Assembly (NCBI GenBank): GCA_031553835.1
Contig: JAVBKX010000009.1
Coordinates: forward strand, 37,300-101,299
Direction: 5' to 3'
Length of the DNA: 64,000 nt
Source of the DNA: Bacteroidales bacterium
Lineage (GTDB): Bacteria > Bacteroidota > Bacteroidia > Bacteroidales > Azobacteroidaceae
Positions 46,889 to 57,457 of this stretch are shown one piece after another. The number at the start of each line of letters is the position of its first letter. The first letter of the stretch is position 1. The notes under the pieces were generated by a model, which worked only from the letters and a program-made list of their open reading frames with translations, had not been told where the DNA came from and did no database searches. The position numbers were made by a program, and so were the translations under genes.

Positions 46889-48013
46889 ATGGCTGTTAGA
46901 ATAATTGAAGTAAAGGACAAAGAGACTTTAGAAAAGTTCGTGGAGTTTAATATTGAATTGTATAAGGATTGTCCTTACCATGTTCCTTCATTGATTTCGG
47001 ATGAAATGATGACATTGAGCCGAAAGAAAAATCCGGCGTTTGATTTTTGTGAAGCAATTTATTATCTGGCTTATCAGGACAATAAAATTGTAGGTCGAAT
47101 TGCCGGACTTATCAACCACCGGGCGAATGAACATTGGAAGCAACAATATGCACGCTTTGGTTTTCTTGATTTTGTAGATGATTATGAAGTGTCTGCTGCG
47201 TTGTTTAAAGCTGTTGAAAATTGGGCGCGGAAAAAAGGACTGAAAGCGCTTCATGGCCCTTTGGGTTTTACTGATTTGGATCACGAAGGATTATTGATCG
47301 AGGGTTTTGACCAATTGGGAACTATGGCTACCAATTATAGCTATCCTTATTACAAAGAGCATTTGGCAAAACTTGGATTTCAAAAAGATCAGGATTGGCA
47401 TGAGTTTAAAATAACAGTGCCCGAATTTATTCCCGAAAGATTCAGGAGAGTTGGCGAAATCGTGAGCAAAAAATATAATTTCAAAGTGATGAAGTTCAAA
47501 CGCACACGCGATATTTGGCCTTATGCATCGAAAATTTTTGAACTTTGGAATGAAGCATACAAACCGTTGTATGGGTATTCGGAGTTGAGTCCAAAACAAA
47601 TTGAGTACTATATCAAAATGTATATTCCAATGCTGCGTTTGGATTTGATTACTTTGATTGTCGATCACAAAGATGATGTAGTTGGAATTGGAATTACCTT
47701 ACCCAATTTATCTTTAGCATTGCAAAAAGCTAAAGGGCGCCTGTTTCCGTTTGGCTGGGCTTATTTATTAAAAGCCATGTATGGAAAAAACGATGTAATC
47801 GATCTGTATATTATCGGAATTGCTCCGGAATACCAAAGTAAAGGCGTTAATGCGATGATATTCAATGATTTAATACCTATATTCAATCAAAAAGGGTATA
47901 AATTTGCTGAAAGTAATCCGGAATTGGAATTAAATAATAAAGTACAATCAATGTGGGATGTATTTGAAAGAACACATCATAAAACAAGAAGAGCATTTAT
48001 TAAACAGTTGTAA
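46889..48013 (+). CDS. Conserved hypothetical protein, possibly a GNAT-like N-acetyltransferase
   Basis: 374 aa. The assignment comes from a weak recollection of this Bacteroidota family (MAVRIIEVKD...GRIAGLINHRANEHW...). No clear catalytic motif seen. Confidence 0.35.
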   Translation: MAVRIIEVKDKETLEKFVEFNIELYKDCPYHVPSLISDEMMTLSRKKNPAFDFCEAIYYLAYQDNKIVGRIAGLINHRANEHWKQQYARFGFLDFVDDYEVSAALFKAVENWARKKGLKALHGPLGFTDLDHEGLLIEGFDQLGTMATNYSYPYYKEHLAKLGFQKDQDWHEFKITVPEFIPERFRRVGEIVSKKYNFKVMKFKRTRDIWPYASKIFELWNEAYKPLYGYSELSPKQIEYYIKMYIPMLRLDLITLIVDHKDDVVGIGITLPNLSLALQKAKGRLFPFGWAYLLKAMYGKNDVIDLYIIGIAPEYQSKGVNAMIFNDLIPIFNQKGYKFAESNPELELNNKVQSMWDVFERTHHKTRRAFIKQL

Positions 48014-48025
48014 CTTAAATTCTGA

Positions 48026-49894
48026 ATGGAGACTGAAGTTTTAGCCGTATCGACTCAAAACGGACATGTTGAGTATAACGAAGATAACATTCAATCACTT
48101 GAATGGTGGGAACATATACGGCTCCGTCCCGGGATGTATATCGGAAAATTGGGCGATGGCACTTATGCTGACGACGGTATTTATGTATTGCTGAAAGAAG
48201 TGTTGGATAACTCTATGGACGAGTTCATGATGGGTTATGGCAAAAATATTGATATTACCATCCAGGAGGGAGTGGTTACTATCCGGGATTATGGTCGCGG
48301 AATTCCATTGGGAAGCGTCGTCGATGCTTCTTCCAGGATGAATACGGGTGGTAAATACGATTCTAAAGCGTTTAAAAAATCAGTAGGGCTGAATGGCGTT
48401 GGTATTAAGGCCGTTAACGCATTATCGTCTTATATGTTGGTGCAAAGTTTCCGGGAAAAGGAAACAAAAGTCGTTGAATATTCTAAAGCTCATATAATCG
48501 AAAATCCCCCGGTTTCATCGACAAATGAGCCGAATGGAACGCTGATTAATTTTATTCCCGACGATACCCTTTTCAAAGAATTCAATTACAAAGACGAACA
48601 TGTCGAAGCGTTGTTGAAAAATTATGTGTATCTCAATCCCGGCCTCACTATCATATACAACGGAAAAAAATTCTTTTCTAAAAACGGATTGGAAGACCTG
48701 CTCAACGAGTATATGACTTCTGAACCTCTGTATCCGATTATTCGATTACAGGGAGAAGATATTGAGATTGTAATTACACATGCCAATCAATATGGAGAAG
48801 AATACTATTCCTTTGTGAATGGGCAACATACGACTCAGGGAGGAACACATCAGTCGGCTTTCAGGGAAAGTATTTCGAAGGTGATCAAAGAATATTATAA
48901 CAAAAATTTTGAGTACGCGGATATTCGCGCTGGTTTGATCGCTGCTATTAGTGTGAAAGTGGAAGAACCTGTTTTTGAATCCCAGACAAAAACAAAATTA
49001 GGTTCAAAAGATATGGGGCCAAATGGTCCGTCTATTGCTAAATTTATTGGCGATTTCATCAAAAAGGAATTGGATAATTTTTTACATAAACATGCTGATA
49101 TTGCGGATGTTATGTTGAAAAAAATCTTAGATTCCGAGAAGGAACGAAAAGCAATTGCCGGTGTTACCAAATTGGCGCGTGAACGGGCAAAAAAAGCAAA
49201 TCTGCATAATAAGAAGCTGAGAGACTGTCGATTACATTATAGTGACGCCAAGGGAAAAGATCTGGATGAAACCTGTATTTTCATCACGGAGGGAGATTCG
49301 GCAAGCGGTTCCATTACACAAAGTCGCGATCCGAATTATCAGGCAGTATTTAGTTTACGGGGAAAACCCTTAAACTGTTTTGGCCTTACTAAGAAAATCG
49401 TATATGAAAACGAAGAGTTCAATCTGTTGCAGGCTGCTTTAAATATCGAAGACGGGCTTGAAGGCTTGCGGTATAATAAAGTCATTATTGCGACTGATGC
49501 CGATGTCGATGGGATGCACATCCGATTGCTGATTATCACATTCTTTTTGCAGTTTTTCCCCGATTTAATCAAGAATAACCATATGTTTATCCTGCAAACG
49601 CCTCTGTTCAGGGTGCGAAATAAAAAGGAAACGATTTATTGTTATTCGGAGGAAGAACGAATAGAAGCCATCGAAAAATTAAAGCCAAATCCCGAAATTA
49701 CCCGATTCAAAGGATTGGGAGAAATTTCTCCGAATGAATTTAAGAATTTTATCGGAAAGGATTTGAGATTGGATCCTGTAACCATGAAAAAACAAGATTC
49801 CGTAAAAGAAATGCTGGAGTTTTATATGGGGAAAAATACGATGGAAAGGCAGGAATTTATTATTGACAACCTGGTAGTAGAAGAAGATATCTGA
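48026..49894 (+). CDS. parE: Type IIA topoisomerase subunit B (topoisomerase IV ParE-type)
   Basis: 622 aa with GHKL ATPase motifs ([26 protein letters not shown]) and TOPRIM motifs (EGDSA, DADVDG). Shorter than GyrB. Confidence 0.85.
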   Translation: METEVLAVSTQNGHVEYNEDNIQSLEWWEHIRLRPGMYIGKLGDGTYADDGIYVLLKEVLDNSMDEFMMGYGKNIDITIQEGVVTIRDYGRGIPLGSVVDASSRMNTGGKYDSKAFKKSVGLNGVGIKAVNALSSYMLVQSFREKETKVVEYSKAHIIENPPVSSTNEPNGTLINFIPDDTLFKEFNYKDEHVEALLKNYVYLNPGLTIIYNGKKFFSKNGLEDLLNEYMTSEPLYPIIRLQGEDIEIVITHANQYGEEYYSFVNGQHTTQGGTHQSAFRESISKVIKEYYNKNFEYADIRAGLIAAISVKVEEPVFESQTKTKLGSKDMGPNGPSIAKFIGDFIKKELDNFLHKHADIADVMLKKILDSEKERKAIAGVTKLARERAKKANLHNKKLRDCRLHYSDAKGKDLDETCIFITEGDSASGSITQSRDPNYQAVFSLRGKPLNCFGLTKKIVYENEEFNLLQAALNIEDGLEGLRYNKVIIATDADVDGMHIRLLIITFFLQFFPDLIKNNHMFILQTPLFRVRNKKETIYCYSEEERIEAIEKLKPNPEITRFKGLGEISPNEFKNFIGKDLRLDPVTMKKQDSVKEMLEFYMGKNTMERQEFIIDNLVVEEDI

Positions 49895-49895
49895 T

Positions 49896-50627
49896 ATGAA
49901 AGCCTTGATTTTTGCGGCTGGATTAGGTACCCGGTTAAAGCCCTTAACCGATTCGATGCCCAAAGCATTGGTCCCGGTCAATGGAATACCCCTTTTGAAG
50001 CATGTGGCGCAGAAACTCCAAGCTGCCGGTGTGTCGGAAATCATTATCAATATTCACCATAAAGGAGAACAAATTATTGATTTCGTCCGGTCTGAAAATA
50101 ATTTTGGGATGCGAGTCGAATTTTCCGATGAAACCGGAAATTTATTGGAAACAGGAGGAGGAATTAAGTTCGCCTCCCGTTTTTTTGATGACCATGTTCC
50201 TTTTTTTGTGCATAATGTGGATATTTTGTCGAATGTAAATTTGACCGATTTTTATCGATTCCATCGACAGTCCGGAGCGTTGGCCAGCCTGTTTGTCGGT
50301 GAACGCAAATCGAATCGTTATTTGCTTTTTGATGATCAGCAGCATTTGAAAGCCTGGAAAAATGAAACTTCCGGAGAAATAAAACCGGACGGAATGCACA
50401 TTGAAAATTTTAAGTCTATGGCATTCAACGGGATACATGTAATCTCTCCTCAGATATTTCAATACATGGAAGGTTGGGAAGGAAAATTTTCTATTATTGA
50501 TTTTTATTTGTCAATAGCTCAACAATATACAATTGCAGCTTATTGTCCTTCCGGAGTTGAAATGATTGATGTAGGAAAAGTAGAGTCTTTAGAAGTTGCA
50601 AATCAACTTGCAGCCAAGTTTTATTAA
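49896..50627 (+). CDS. Sugar-phosphate nucleotidyltransferase family protein
   Basis: MKALIFAAGLGTRLKPLTDSMPKALVPV is a canonical NTP_transferase N-terminus. Starts 1 nt after the parE stop. Confidence 0.75.
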   Translation: MKALIFAAGLGTRLKPLTDSMPKALVPVNGIPLLKHVAQKLQAAGVSEIIINIHHKGEQIIDFVRSENNFGMRVEFSDETGNLLETGGGIKFASRFFDDHVPFFVHNVDILSNVNLTDFYRFHRQSGALASLFVGERKSNRYLLFDDQQHLKAWKNETSGEIKPDGMHIENFKSMAFNGIHVISPQIFQYMEGWEGKFSIIDFYLSIAQQYTIAAYCPSGVEMIDVGKVESLEVANQLAAKFY

Positions 50628-50635
50628 AAGCAGAC

Positions 50636-51583
50636 ATGGCGAAAAAACAGGCTATAGATAAGATACGTTCCCCTCGAAACCGGACTTTGTTTCTTGAAAA
50701 AACGGAAATTCCTGTTTTCAAAGAACGATTATTGCCGGTTTCTTCCGAAGTTTTGTCAATCGACGATATTACGAATAAAACGATTCATGGCGATCTGATG
50801 GAAGCGCTGAAAGTTCTTCCCCAGGGTTTTGCCGATCTGATCATTGTGGATCCTCCGTATAACCTGACGAAAGATTTTTCAGGAATGAAATTCTCCAGGA
50901 TGAAGAATTTCAGCTATTTAGAATATTTGCATTCCTGGTTTCCCCAGGTTGTTCGCTTATTGAAACCGCAAGGGTCGTTGTACCTTTGTGGAGATTGGCA
51001 GTCCACATCCTTTTTATTTTCCGTTATAGACGAGTTCCTGGTCGTGATGAACCGAATTACCTGGCAGCGCGAAAAAGGCCGTGGAGCGCAAAAGAATTGG
51101 AAAAACGGGATGGAAGATATTTGGTTTGGAGTCCAGGATCCGAAAAACTATTATTTTGATGTAGATGCCGTCAAAATGAAACGAAGGGTGAATGCTCCAT
51201 ACAGGGAAAACGGTCTCCCGAAAGATTGGGAAGAGACCAAAGACGGACGTTTCCGGATGACGTATCCGTCTAATTTTTGGGATGATATTACTGTTCCTTA
51301 TTGGTCAATGCCCGAAAATACAGACCATCCGACACAAAAACCGGAAAAATTAATTGCAAAACTTATTTTAGCCAGCTGTCCTCCGAATGGTATGGTTTTT
51401 GACCCGTTTTTGGGATCCGGAACGACATCTGTAGTGGCTAAAAAATTGGGACGCAATTATTGTGGCGTGGAGCAAAGTGAAGAATATTGTTGTTTGGCTG
51501 AAAAACGTTTACAAAAAGCAGAAGCCGATTCTCAGATACAAGGATATCAGGAAGGTATTTTTTGGCAGAGAAATGCTCTGTAA
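50636..51583 (+). CDS. Beta-class DNA methyltransferase (N6-adenine type DPPY), no adjacent nuclease
   Basis: Motif IV IIVDPPYN precedes motif I FDPFLGSGTTSVVA, which is the beta-class order. 315 aa. Confidence 0.8.
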   Translation: MAKKQAIDKIRSPRNRTLFLEKTEIPVFKERLLPVSSEVLSIDDITNKTIHGDLMEALKVLPQGFADLIIVDPPYNLTKDFSGMKFSRMKNFSYLEYLHSWFPQVVRLLKPQGSLYLCGDWQSTSFLFSVIDEFLVVMNRITWQREKGRGAQKNWKNGMEDIWFGVQDPKNYYFDVDAVKMKRRVNAPYRENGLPKDWEETKDGRFRMTYPSNFWDDITVPYWSMPENTDHPTQKPEKLIAKLILASCPPNGMVFDPFLGSGTTSVVAKKLGRNYCGVEQSEEYCCLAEKRLQKAEADSQIQGYQEGIFWQRNAL

Positions 51584-51603
51584 GGTTTGAAAATTATGTA
51601 TGT

Positions 51604-52476
51604 ATGAAAAATAGGCAGAGTTTGTGGATTTTTATTGTTGTATTTTTGGTTTTGACCGGAGTGGCAGTCTATTACATCTTGCAGCAACGCAAACAAATGG
51701 CTCAATTAGAGCAGCAATTTGAACTCGATAAAGAAGACTTGGCTGACGAATATAATCAACTTTCATTACAATACGAAGGATATAAATTTGAAACAAGTAA
51801 TGATTCCTTAGTCGCTAAGTTGGAACGTGAGCAGGTAAAAGTGCAACGTTTGATGGAGGAATTACGTACTGTAAAAGCAACCAATGCTACCCGGATCAGC
51901 GAATTGAAAAAAGAATTGGAATCCTTGCGTACAATCATGCGCGGATATGTTCAGGAAATTGATTCCTTAAATCGCCTGAATCAAAAACTGACGGAGGAAA
52001 ACAAAAAAGTTTCCCGGCAATATCAACAAGCCACTCATACAATCAGTCAGATAACCCAGGAAAAAGAGGCTTTGTCGGAACGGGTTAACCTTGCTTCCAG
52101 GTTAGATGCAGGCAATATTAGCGTGACCGGAATTACAGACAAAAATAAATCGACTGATAAGGTCAAAAAAATGGATCAATTGGCGATTAATTTTGCTATC
52201 AATAAAAATATTACAGCGCCTACAGGAGAAAAGACTATTTTTATCCGGATACAACGGCCCGACGGCGACATATTGGTTAAAAGCAGGGCCAATACTTTTC
52301 AATATGAAAATAAAGAAATCAATTATTCCAGTAAACGTACCATTGAATATACCGGAGAAGAGACGTATGTTCAGATTTATTGGAAAATTGAAGAATTCCT
52401 TTCTCCCGGAGATTATCGGGTGGATATTTTTGCTGATGGAAATCTGATTGGCAGCAAAGTGTTTAACCTGGAATGA
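51604..52476 (+). CDS. Membrane-anchored coiled-coil protein, unknown function
   Basis: Trimmed to the ATG at 51604 (MKNRQSLWIFIVVFLVLTGVAVYYIL). About 130 aa of heptad-rich Q/E/L sequence, then a beta-rich C-terminal domain. Confidence 0.5.
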   Translation: MKNRQSLWIFIVVFLVLTGVAVYYILQQRKQMAQLEQQFELDKEDLADEYNQLSLQYEGYKFETSNDSLVAKLEREQVKVQRLMEELRTVKATNATRISELKKELESLRTIMRGYVQEIDSLNRLNQKLTEENKKVSRQYQQATHTISQITQEKEALSERVNLASRLDAGNISVTGITDKNKSTDKVKKMDQLAINFAINKNITAPTGEKTIFIRIQRPDGDILVKSRANTFQYENKEINYSSKRTIEYTGEETYVQIYWKIEEFLSPGDYRVDIFADGNLIGSKVFNLE

Positions 52477-52553
52477 TAATACATTAGTTTTAAGAAAACA
52501 AATAAAATACCAAAACTATAGAAAATAATATCAAGTAAGAAACCAACCAAACT

Positions 52554-53123
52554 ATGAAATTGCAAGTTATTCAAAACCGGATTTATGAAATTCGAGGGTT
52601 TAAAGTGATGCTTGACTTTGATTTGGCAGAATTATATCAGGTAGAAACTAGGATTTTAAATCAGTCTGTAAAGCGCAATTTTAAACGATTTCCTGATGAT
52701 TTTATGTTCCAACTTACAAAAGTTGAGTGGGATAATATGCCATCACAATTTGTGATGACATATCCGATAAAGCGGCCTAAATCGGCACTGCCTTTTGCAT
52801 TTACAGAACAGGGTGTTGCCATGTTATCCAGCATATTAAGAAGTGAAACCGCAATAGTCATAAATATTAGTATCATGCGTGCATTTGTAGCTGTTCGCCA
52901 GCTAATCCTTAATCCACCAATTGATAAAGTTAGTGAATTACAAAATGAAGTTCAAGAACTGAAACAATATATTGACGAAGTATTTACTGACTACAACGAT
53001 ATTAATGAAGATACCCGGATGCAATTGGTATTAATCAATGAAACGTTGGCCGAATTGCAGTCTAAAAATAAGGAACTTAATTGGTTGAGAAAGCCGATAG
53101 GGTACCAAAACTACAGAAACTGA
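52554..53123 (+). CDS. ORF6N (KilA-N-like) domain protein
   Basis: IYEIRGFKVMLDFDLAELYQVETRILNQSVKRNFKRFPDDFMFQLT is the typical ORF6N signature. Confidence 0.8.
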   Translation: MKLQVIQNRIYEIRGFKVMLDFDLAELYQVETRILNQSVKRNFKRFPDDFMFQLTKVEWDNMPSQFVMTYPIKRPKSALPFAFTEQGVAMLSSILRSETAIVINISIMRAFVAVRQLILNPPIDKVSELQNEVQELKQYIDEVFTDYNDINEDTRMQLVLINETLAELQSKNKELNWLRKPIGYQNYRN

Positions 53124-53488
53124 ATAGTACGCAACAATTTCCACATTAGGAGTGAGATTACTCTGTGTATAAGCAAAATATTGTATATTTGTGCTTGTGC
53201 TTTCGGGCACAGACATACTTTTTGTTAAACACGGAAGTGTTTGCTTAATTCTCAGAGAACGAATCTGACAAATTCAAAAATGAATAGAGAATGAGCATAA
53301 CTCTCCCATCATATCTCGTACATGGTGTGGGGCTGTTGCTTGTTTGATATTCATGGGTTTTGTCAGAACCTGTTCTCTTCAGATTAAGTATTCAGTGCCA
53401 CACTTTCTTTTTTAAATCAATTTACTTCTGAGGTGCTGGAGGAGGGGAAAAACCGAAAATCCTATAAGAGAGTAGGAAACATCCAATC

Positions 53489-55382
53489 ATGAAACAAATT
53501 TTTACAATTTTTGTGTGCCTATTTCTTGCGATAGGCACAACAACGGCTCAAACTTACAGTGGTGGGAACGGAACAGAAAATGACCCGTATTTGATTTCTT
53601 CTAAGGCGGATATGGAGAAATTAGCTATGGCTGTATCTCTTAATGCCTCTTATTCCATGGGAAAATATTTTTTATTAACTCGGGATATTACAGAAGAAGT
53701 TACAACTATCAAGTACAGGCAATCCTGTCAAATGGCAACGTAGCGCTGATAAAGGACAATCGTGGGTAGATATAGCCTGTACCACATTTTTTTATACTGA
53801 GACCGACCCAGCCCCCGGCCAATATATTTATCGAGCCCTTAATGGCGATGGCACATATTCCAATTATGTAAAGGGTTCTTATTCTGATGCCATTCCCTCC
53901 CAAGTTAATACATTGCCTCTTACAAATACTTCTAAAATAACAGATGAAAGCGTTACATTCAGTTTAGATGTAGCCGATAGTCATTACAATTATCAATGGT
54001 ATAAAGGCGGTACGCCAATTGAAGGTGCTACAAGTAATACATATTCCCTCCCTATGGTGAAAATTGCCGATGCTGGTGTGTATAAATGTCAAATTTGGAA
54101 CGGTTGTAACGAAGTTTATTCAACAGTAACTATCCTTACAGTCGATAAAGCTCTACAAACAATTACATTCAATGAATTACCGAAAAAAACGTATGGCGAC
54201 CCGACTTTTTCTTTATTGGCAAGCGTTACTTCCAATCAGTCGATTACATTTGAAAGTTCCAATACCAATGTAGCAACTGTTTCAGGTAATATTGTGACTA
54301 TTCACAATGCAGGAGCAGCGTATATCACCGCTTCTGTGGCCAGCAATGATAATTATTATGCAGCAAACCCGGTACAACAATTACTGACGGTAAACAAAGC
54401 ATTTCAAACTGTTGCATTGGATTTTGTTCCTAATAAAACCTACGGAGATGTGGCTTTTACATTGAGCGCACAAACGAGTACCGGATTACCGGTTACTTAT
54501 ATATCGTCTGACCCGACTAAATTAGCAATATCCGGCAATCAGGCTACTATTGCAGGAACAGGAAATTTTACCGTAACGGCGCAACAGGCAGGAAATAATA
54601 ATTATCTGCCCATTTCCGATAGTAAATCGTTTGCGGTAAGTAAAGCCAATTTAACGATCTCAGCAGAGAACAAAGAGCGTTATTATGGTGATGAAAATCC
54701 TGCATTCACTTATACTTTCAATGGTTTTGTCAATGGAGATACTCGCGAGGCAATACAAACTTTGCCAACCATTGTTTGTCCAGCTACGCAAACGAGTCCA
54801 ATAGGTAATTATGTTATCACGGCTTCAGGAGCAGCTGATGATAATTATAATTTTATTTATCAGAATGCTTTATTGACAATAAATAAGACAACATTGAAAA
54901 TCCAACCCAATGACGTTTCACGGAAATACGGCGAAAATAATCCGGTTTTTACATTGACCTATTCTGGTTTCAAAAATGATGAAAACGAATCGGTTCTCGA
55001 TATTCTTCCTACCATTAATTGTAGTGCAACGAAAAACTCACCTGCCGGATTGTATGAAATTCTATTGTCGGGTGGCTCGGATAATAATTATGATTATAAC
55101 CTGTTGAATGGGAAATTGGAGATTACAACTGTCAGCAGTTTGGCAAGGATAAATACGTCGAATCTTTCCTTATATCCCAATCCGGTAAAAAATGATTTGT
55201 TTATCCAATCTGAAACTCCGGTTGAAAAAATAGAAATATACGATCAATCAGGAATCTGCGTTTTAGTAAATGAAAATGTCATTGAAAAAGTAGATGTTTC
55301 AGGTTTGGCCAATGGGCTTTATCTGGTTCGGATTTTTGTGGAAAAAACTCCAGTTATCGAAAAAATCGTAATCAGAAAATAA
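53489..55382 (+). pseudogene. Frameshifted or truncated Ig-like / MBG-repeat surface protein with T9SS C-terminal domain
   Basis: The signal-peptide ORF (53489-53743) and the long ORF are in different frames. The long ORF's frame is open from 53679, its tabulated start at 53913 is a TTG, and it has no signal peptide of its own. It contains YQWYKGG...AGVYKC Ig-like and four KTYGD/RYYGDENP MBG-like repeats. C-terminus LSLYPNPVKNDLFIQS. Confidence 0.6.
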
Positions 55383-55429
55383 ACCTTGTTCAGCAAACGC
55401 ATAAGGTAGTTTATATGTTTTGCCCCAAT

Positions 55430-55471
55430 GAAGCTGCCTCAAAATCCCATTTGGGTTTTTGAGGCAGCTTC
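55430..55471. terminator. Bidirectional terminator hairpin (15-bp perfect stem) between convergent genes
   Basis: GAAGCTGCCTCAAAA (55430-55444) pairs with TTTTGAGGCAGCTTC (55457-55471). A/T runs on both sides. Confidence 0.75.
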
Positions 55472-55476
55472 AAAAA

Positions 55477-56403
55477 TTAAAAATACCATCTCCCCTGATA
55501 TGCCTGCCGCTCAGCAATCCGTTGGTTTAATTTATACATGAATTCGTTGTTTTTGGAACGCCAATCGGGTGCAATGACTAATTCCTTCGGGGATTGGGAA
55601 ACAAATCGCTCCAGAACAAAATGAGGCGGTAAAAGTTCGATGAAATCGATGCATAAGTCAATGTATTCATCCATTGTATAAAAGTGAAACCACTCAGGAT
55701 GTTCCAAAAATTGTTGCGCCATTTTGGTATTTCGTATCAATTGTAGTTGATGTAATTTGACGGTGGTAACGGGCAACGTAGAAATAGTCCTGGCATGATT
55801 CAATAGATCTTCTCTGTTTTCTCCGGGAAGTCCTAAGATAAGATGTATGCCACAAAGACAACCGGCGTCATTTGTCCGATGAATTGTTTCGACACATTCT
55901 TCGTAAGTATGCCCCCGGTTAATAAATGCCAAAGTGGCATTTATTGTCGATTCCATCCCATATTCGATCAAGAGAAAATGCTTTTTGGAAATTTTTTGTA
56001 ATTCTGATAAAAGTTCATCAGGCATGCAATCGGGACGAGTGCCGATAATTAAGCCTACAACATCGGGATGTTGCAGCGCTTCATCGTATTTTTCCAATAA
56101 GCGGTCGACTTCATCATAAGTATTGGTATATGCTTGAAAATAAGCTAAAAATTTCATTTGAGGATATTTGCCGGAAAAGAAATCAATGCCCTCATTCAGT
56201 TGCTGTCTTACACCTTTGCCCGAAAAACAATACTCCGGACTGAAGGTTTGGTTATTGCAATAAGTACAACCTCCAAATCCCTTTGTTCCGTCTCGGTTGG
56301 GACAAGAAAATCCCGCATTGATCGAAATTTTTTGAACTTTATAGGGAAATCTGGTTTGCAAAAAATCCGCAAATTCGTAATATGGTTTTGCCGGTTTATT
56401 CAT
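55477..56403 (-). CDS. Radical SAM protein, TIGR01212 family
   Basis: 308 aa. The CPNRDGTKGFGGCTYC cluster and overall pattern are typical of the TIGR01212 family. Confidence 0.8.
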   Translation of the reverse strand: MNKPAKPYYEFADFLQTRFPYKVQKISINAGFSCPNRDGTKGFGGCTYCNNQTFSPEYCFSGKGVRQQLNEGIDFFSGKYPQMKFLAYFQAYTNTYDEVDRLLEKYDEALQHPDVVGLIIGTRPDCMPDELLSELQKISKKHFLLIEYGMESTINATLAFINRGHTYEECVETIHRTNDAGCLCGIHLILGLPGENREDLLNHARTISTLPVTTVKLHQLQLIRNTKMAQQFLEHPEWFHFYTMDEYIDLCIDFIELLPPHFVLERFVSQSPKELVIAPDWRSKNNEFMYKLNQRIAERQAYQGRWYF

Positions 56404-57457
56404 CGATTAATTGAGAATGACACATTAATACTCCATCTTTTTTTGCTGTCCAATAATGTAATCCATTGCCCTGGCATGTTTTGTAAGATTTGCAATGGGC
56501 GCAAATTCCGGTTTTTGTCCAGGCTCTGTTTCGAAACAGTTCAAACCGGTTGTTCCATATTTCCGAAAATTTATCCTGGTAAATGTTTCCCTGAGCGAAC
56601 GATCGATCCATATTAGGACATGCCGAAATATCTCCGTTATACAATACCGAACCGATATGAATCCCGCCGCGGCAAAAGAAAAAACTGTCCCTCGCCCGGA
56701 TTTCATATTTTCCTAAATATCCTTCGCAACTAAAATTTACTGCAACGGAATGATCTTTTTTTGCGTTTTCAATATATTTCATTAATTCAGTAAATTCTGT
56801 TCTGTCAAGCTGTAATGATTTGTTTCCTGCAGCTCTGCCTATCGGCGTAATGGTAAAAAGCCGCCATGCTTTTACTTTGTTTTCAATCAATATTTGGCGA
56901 ATGGATTCTAATTCGTGGAGATTTTTTTTGTTGACACAAGTAACGACATCAAAATTCAACCGCTCTTCATTTGCCATCAATCGCATGGCTTGAATCGCAT
57001 GGTCAAAACTGTTGGGATTATTTCGCAGCCAATTGTGATTTTCCTCCATTCCATCGAAACTTAAGGTGCATGAACCCATTCCCGCATTCAACAACGAATT
57101 GTGTCGCTCGGGAGTATATGCGTAGCCATTGGTAACAATTCCCCAACGGAAATTCCTTTTACGGATTTCTTGGCCGCATTTTTCCAAATCTTTTCGTAAT
57201 AATGGTTCTCCGCCTGTAATGACGACTGTAGTTGCCGGATCATGTTCCATAGAATTAATATCGTCCAACACTTTTAGAAAATCGGTGGCAGGCATGTCCT
57301 GAACAATAGCATTTTGCGAACAATCACTGCCGCAATGCAGGCAATGCAAGTTGCAACGTTGGGTACATTCCCAAAAAAGATAGGAAAGCAAGTGGGATTG
57401 GCTTTCTTGTTTTTTGTAATGATTGAAAATTGTTTGTTTAAATTTTTTCAATAACAT
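56396..57457 (-). CDS. Radical SAM / SPASM-domain enzyme (paired with upstream lipoprotein)
   Basis: CNLHCLHC (CxxxCxxC, aa 35-42). C-terminal Cys-rich SPASM-like region (CPNMD...GICAHCKSYKTCQGNG). 8-nt overlap with the downstream rSAM gene and 10-nt overlap with the upstream lipoprotein gene. Confidence 0.8.
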   Translation of the reverse strand: MLLKKFKQTIFNHYKKQESQSHLLSYLFWECTQRCNLHCLHCGSDCSQNAIVQDMPATDFLKVLDDINSMEHDPATTVVITGGEPLLRKDLEKCGQEIRKRNFRWGIVTNGYAYTPERHNSLLNAGMGSCTLSFDGMEENHNWLRNNPNSFDHAIQAMRLMANEERLNFDVVTCVNKKNLHELESIRQILIENKVKAWRLFTITPIGRAAGNKSLQLDRTEFTELMKYIENAKKDHSVAVNFSCEGYLGKYEIRARDSFFFCRGGIHIGSVLYNGDISACPNMDRSFAQGNIYQDKFSEIWNNRFELFRNRAWTKTGICAHCKSYKTCQGNGLHYWTAKKDGVLMCHSQLIDE

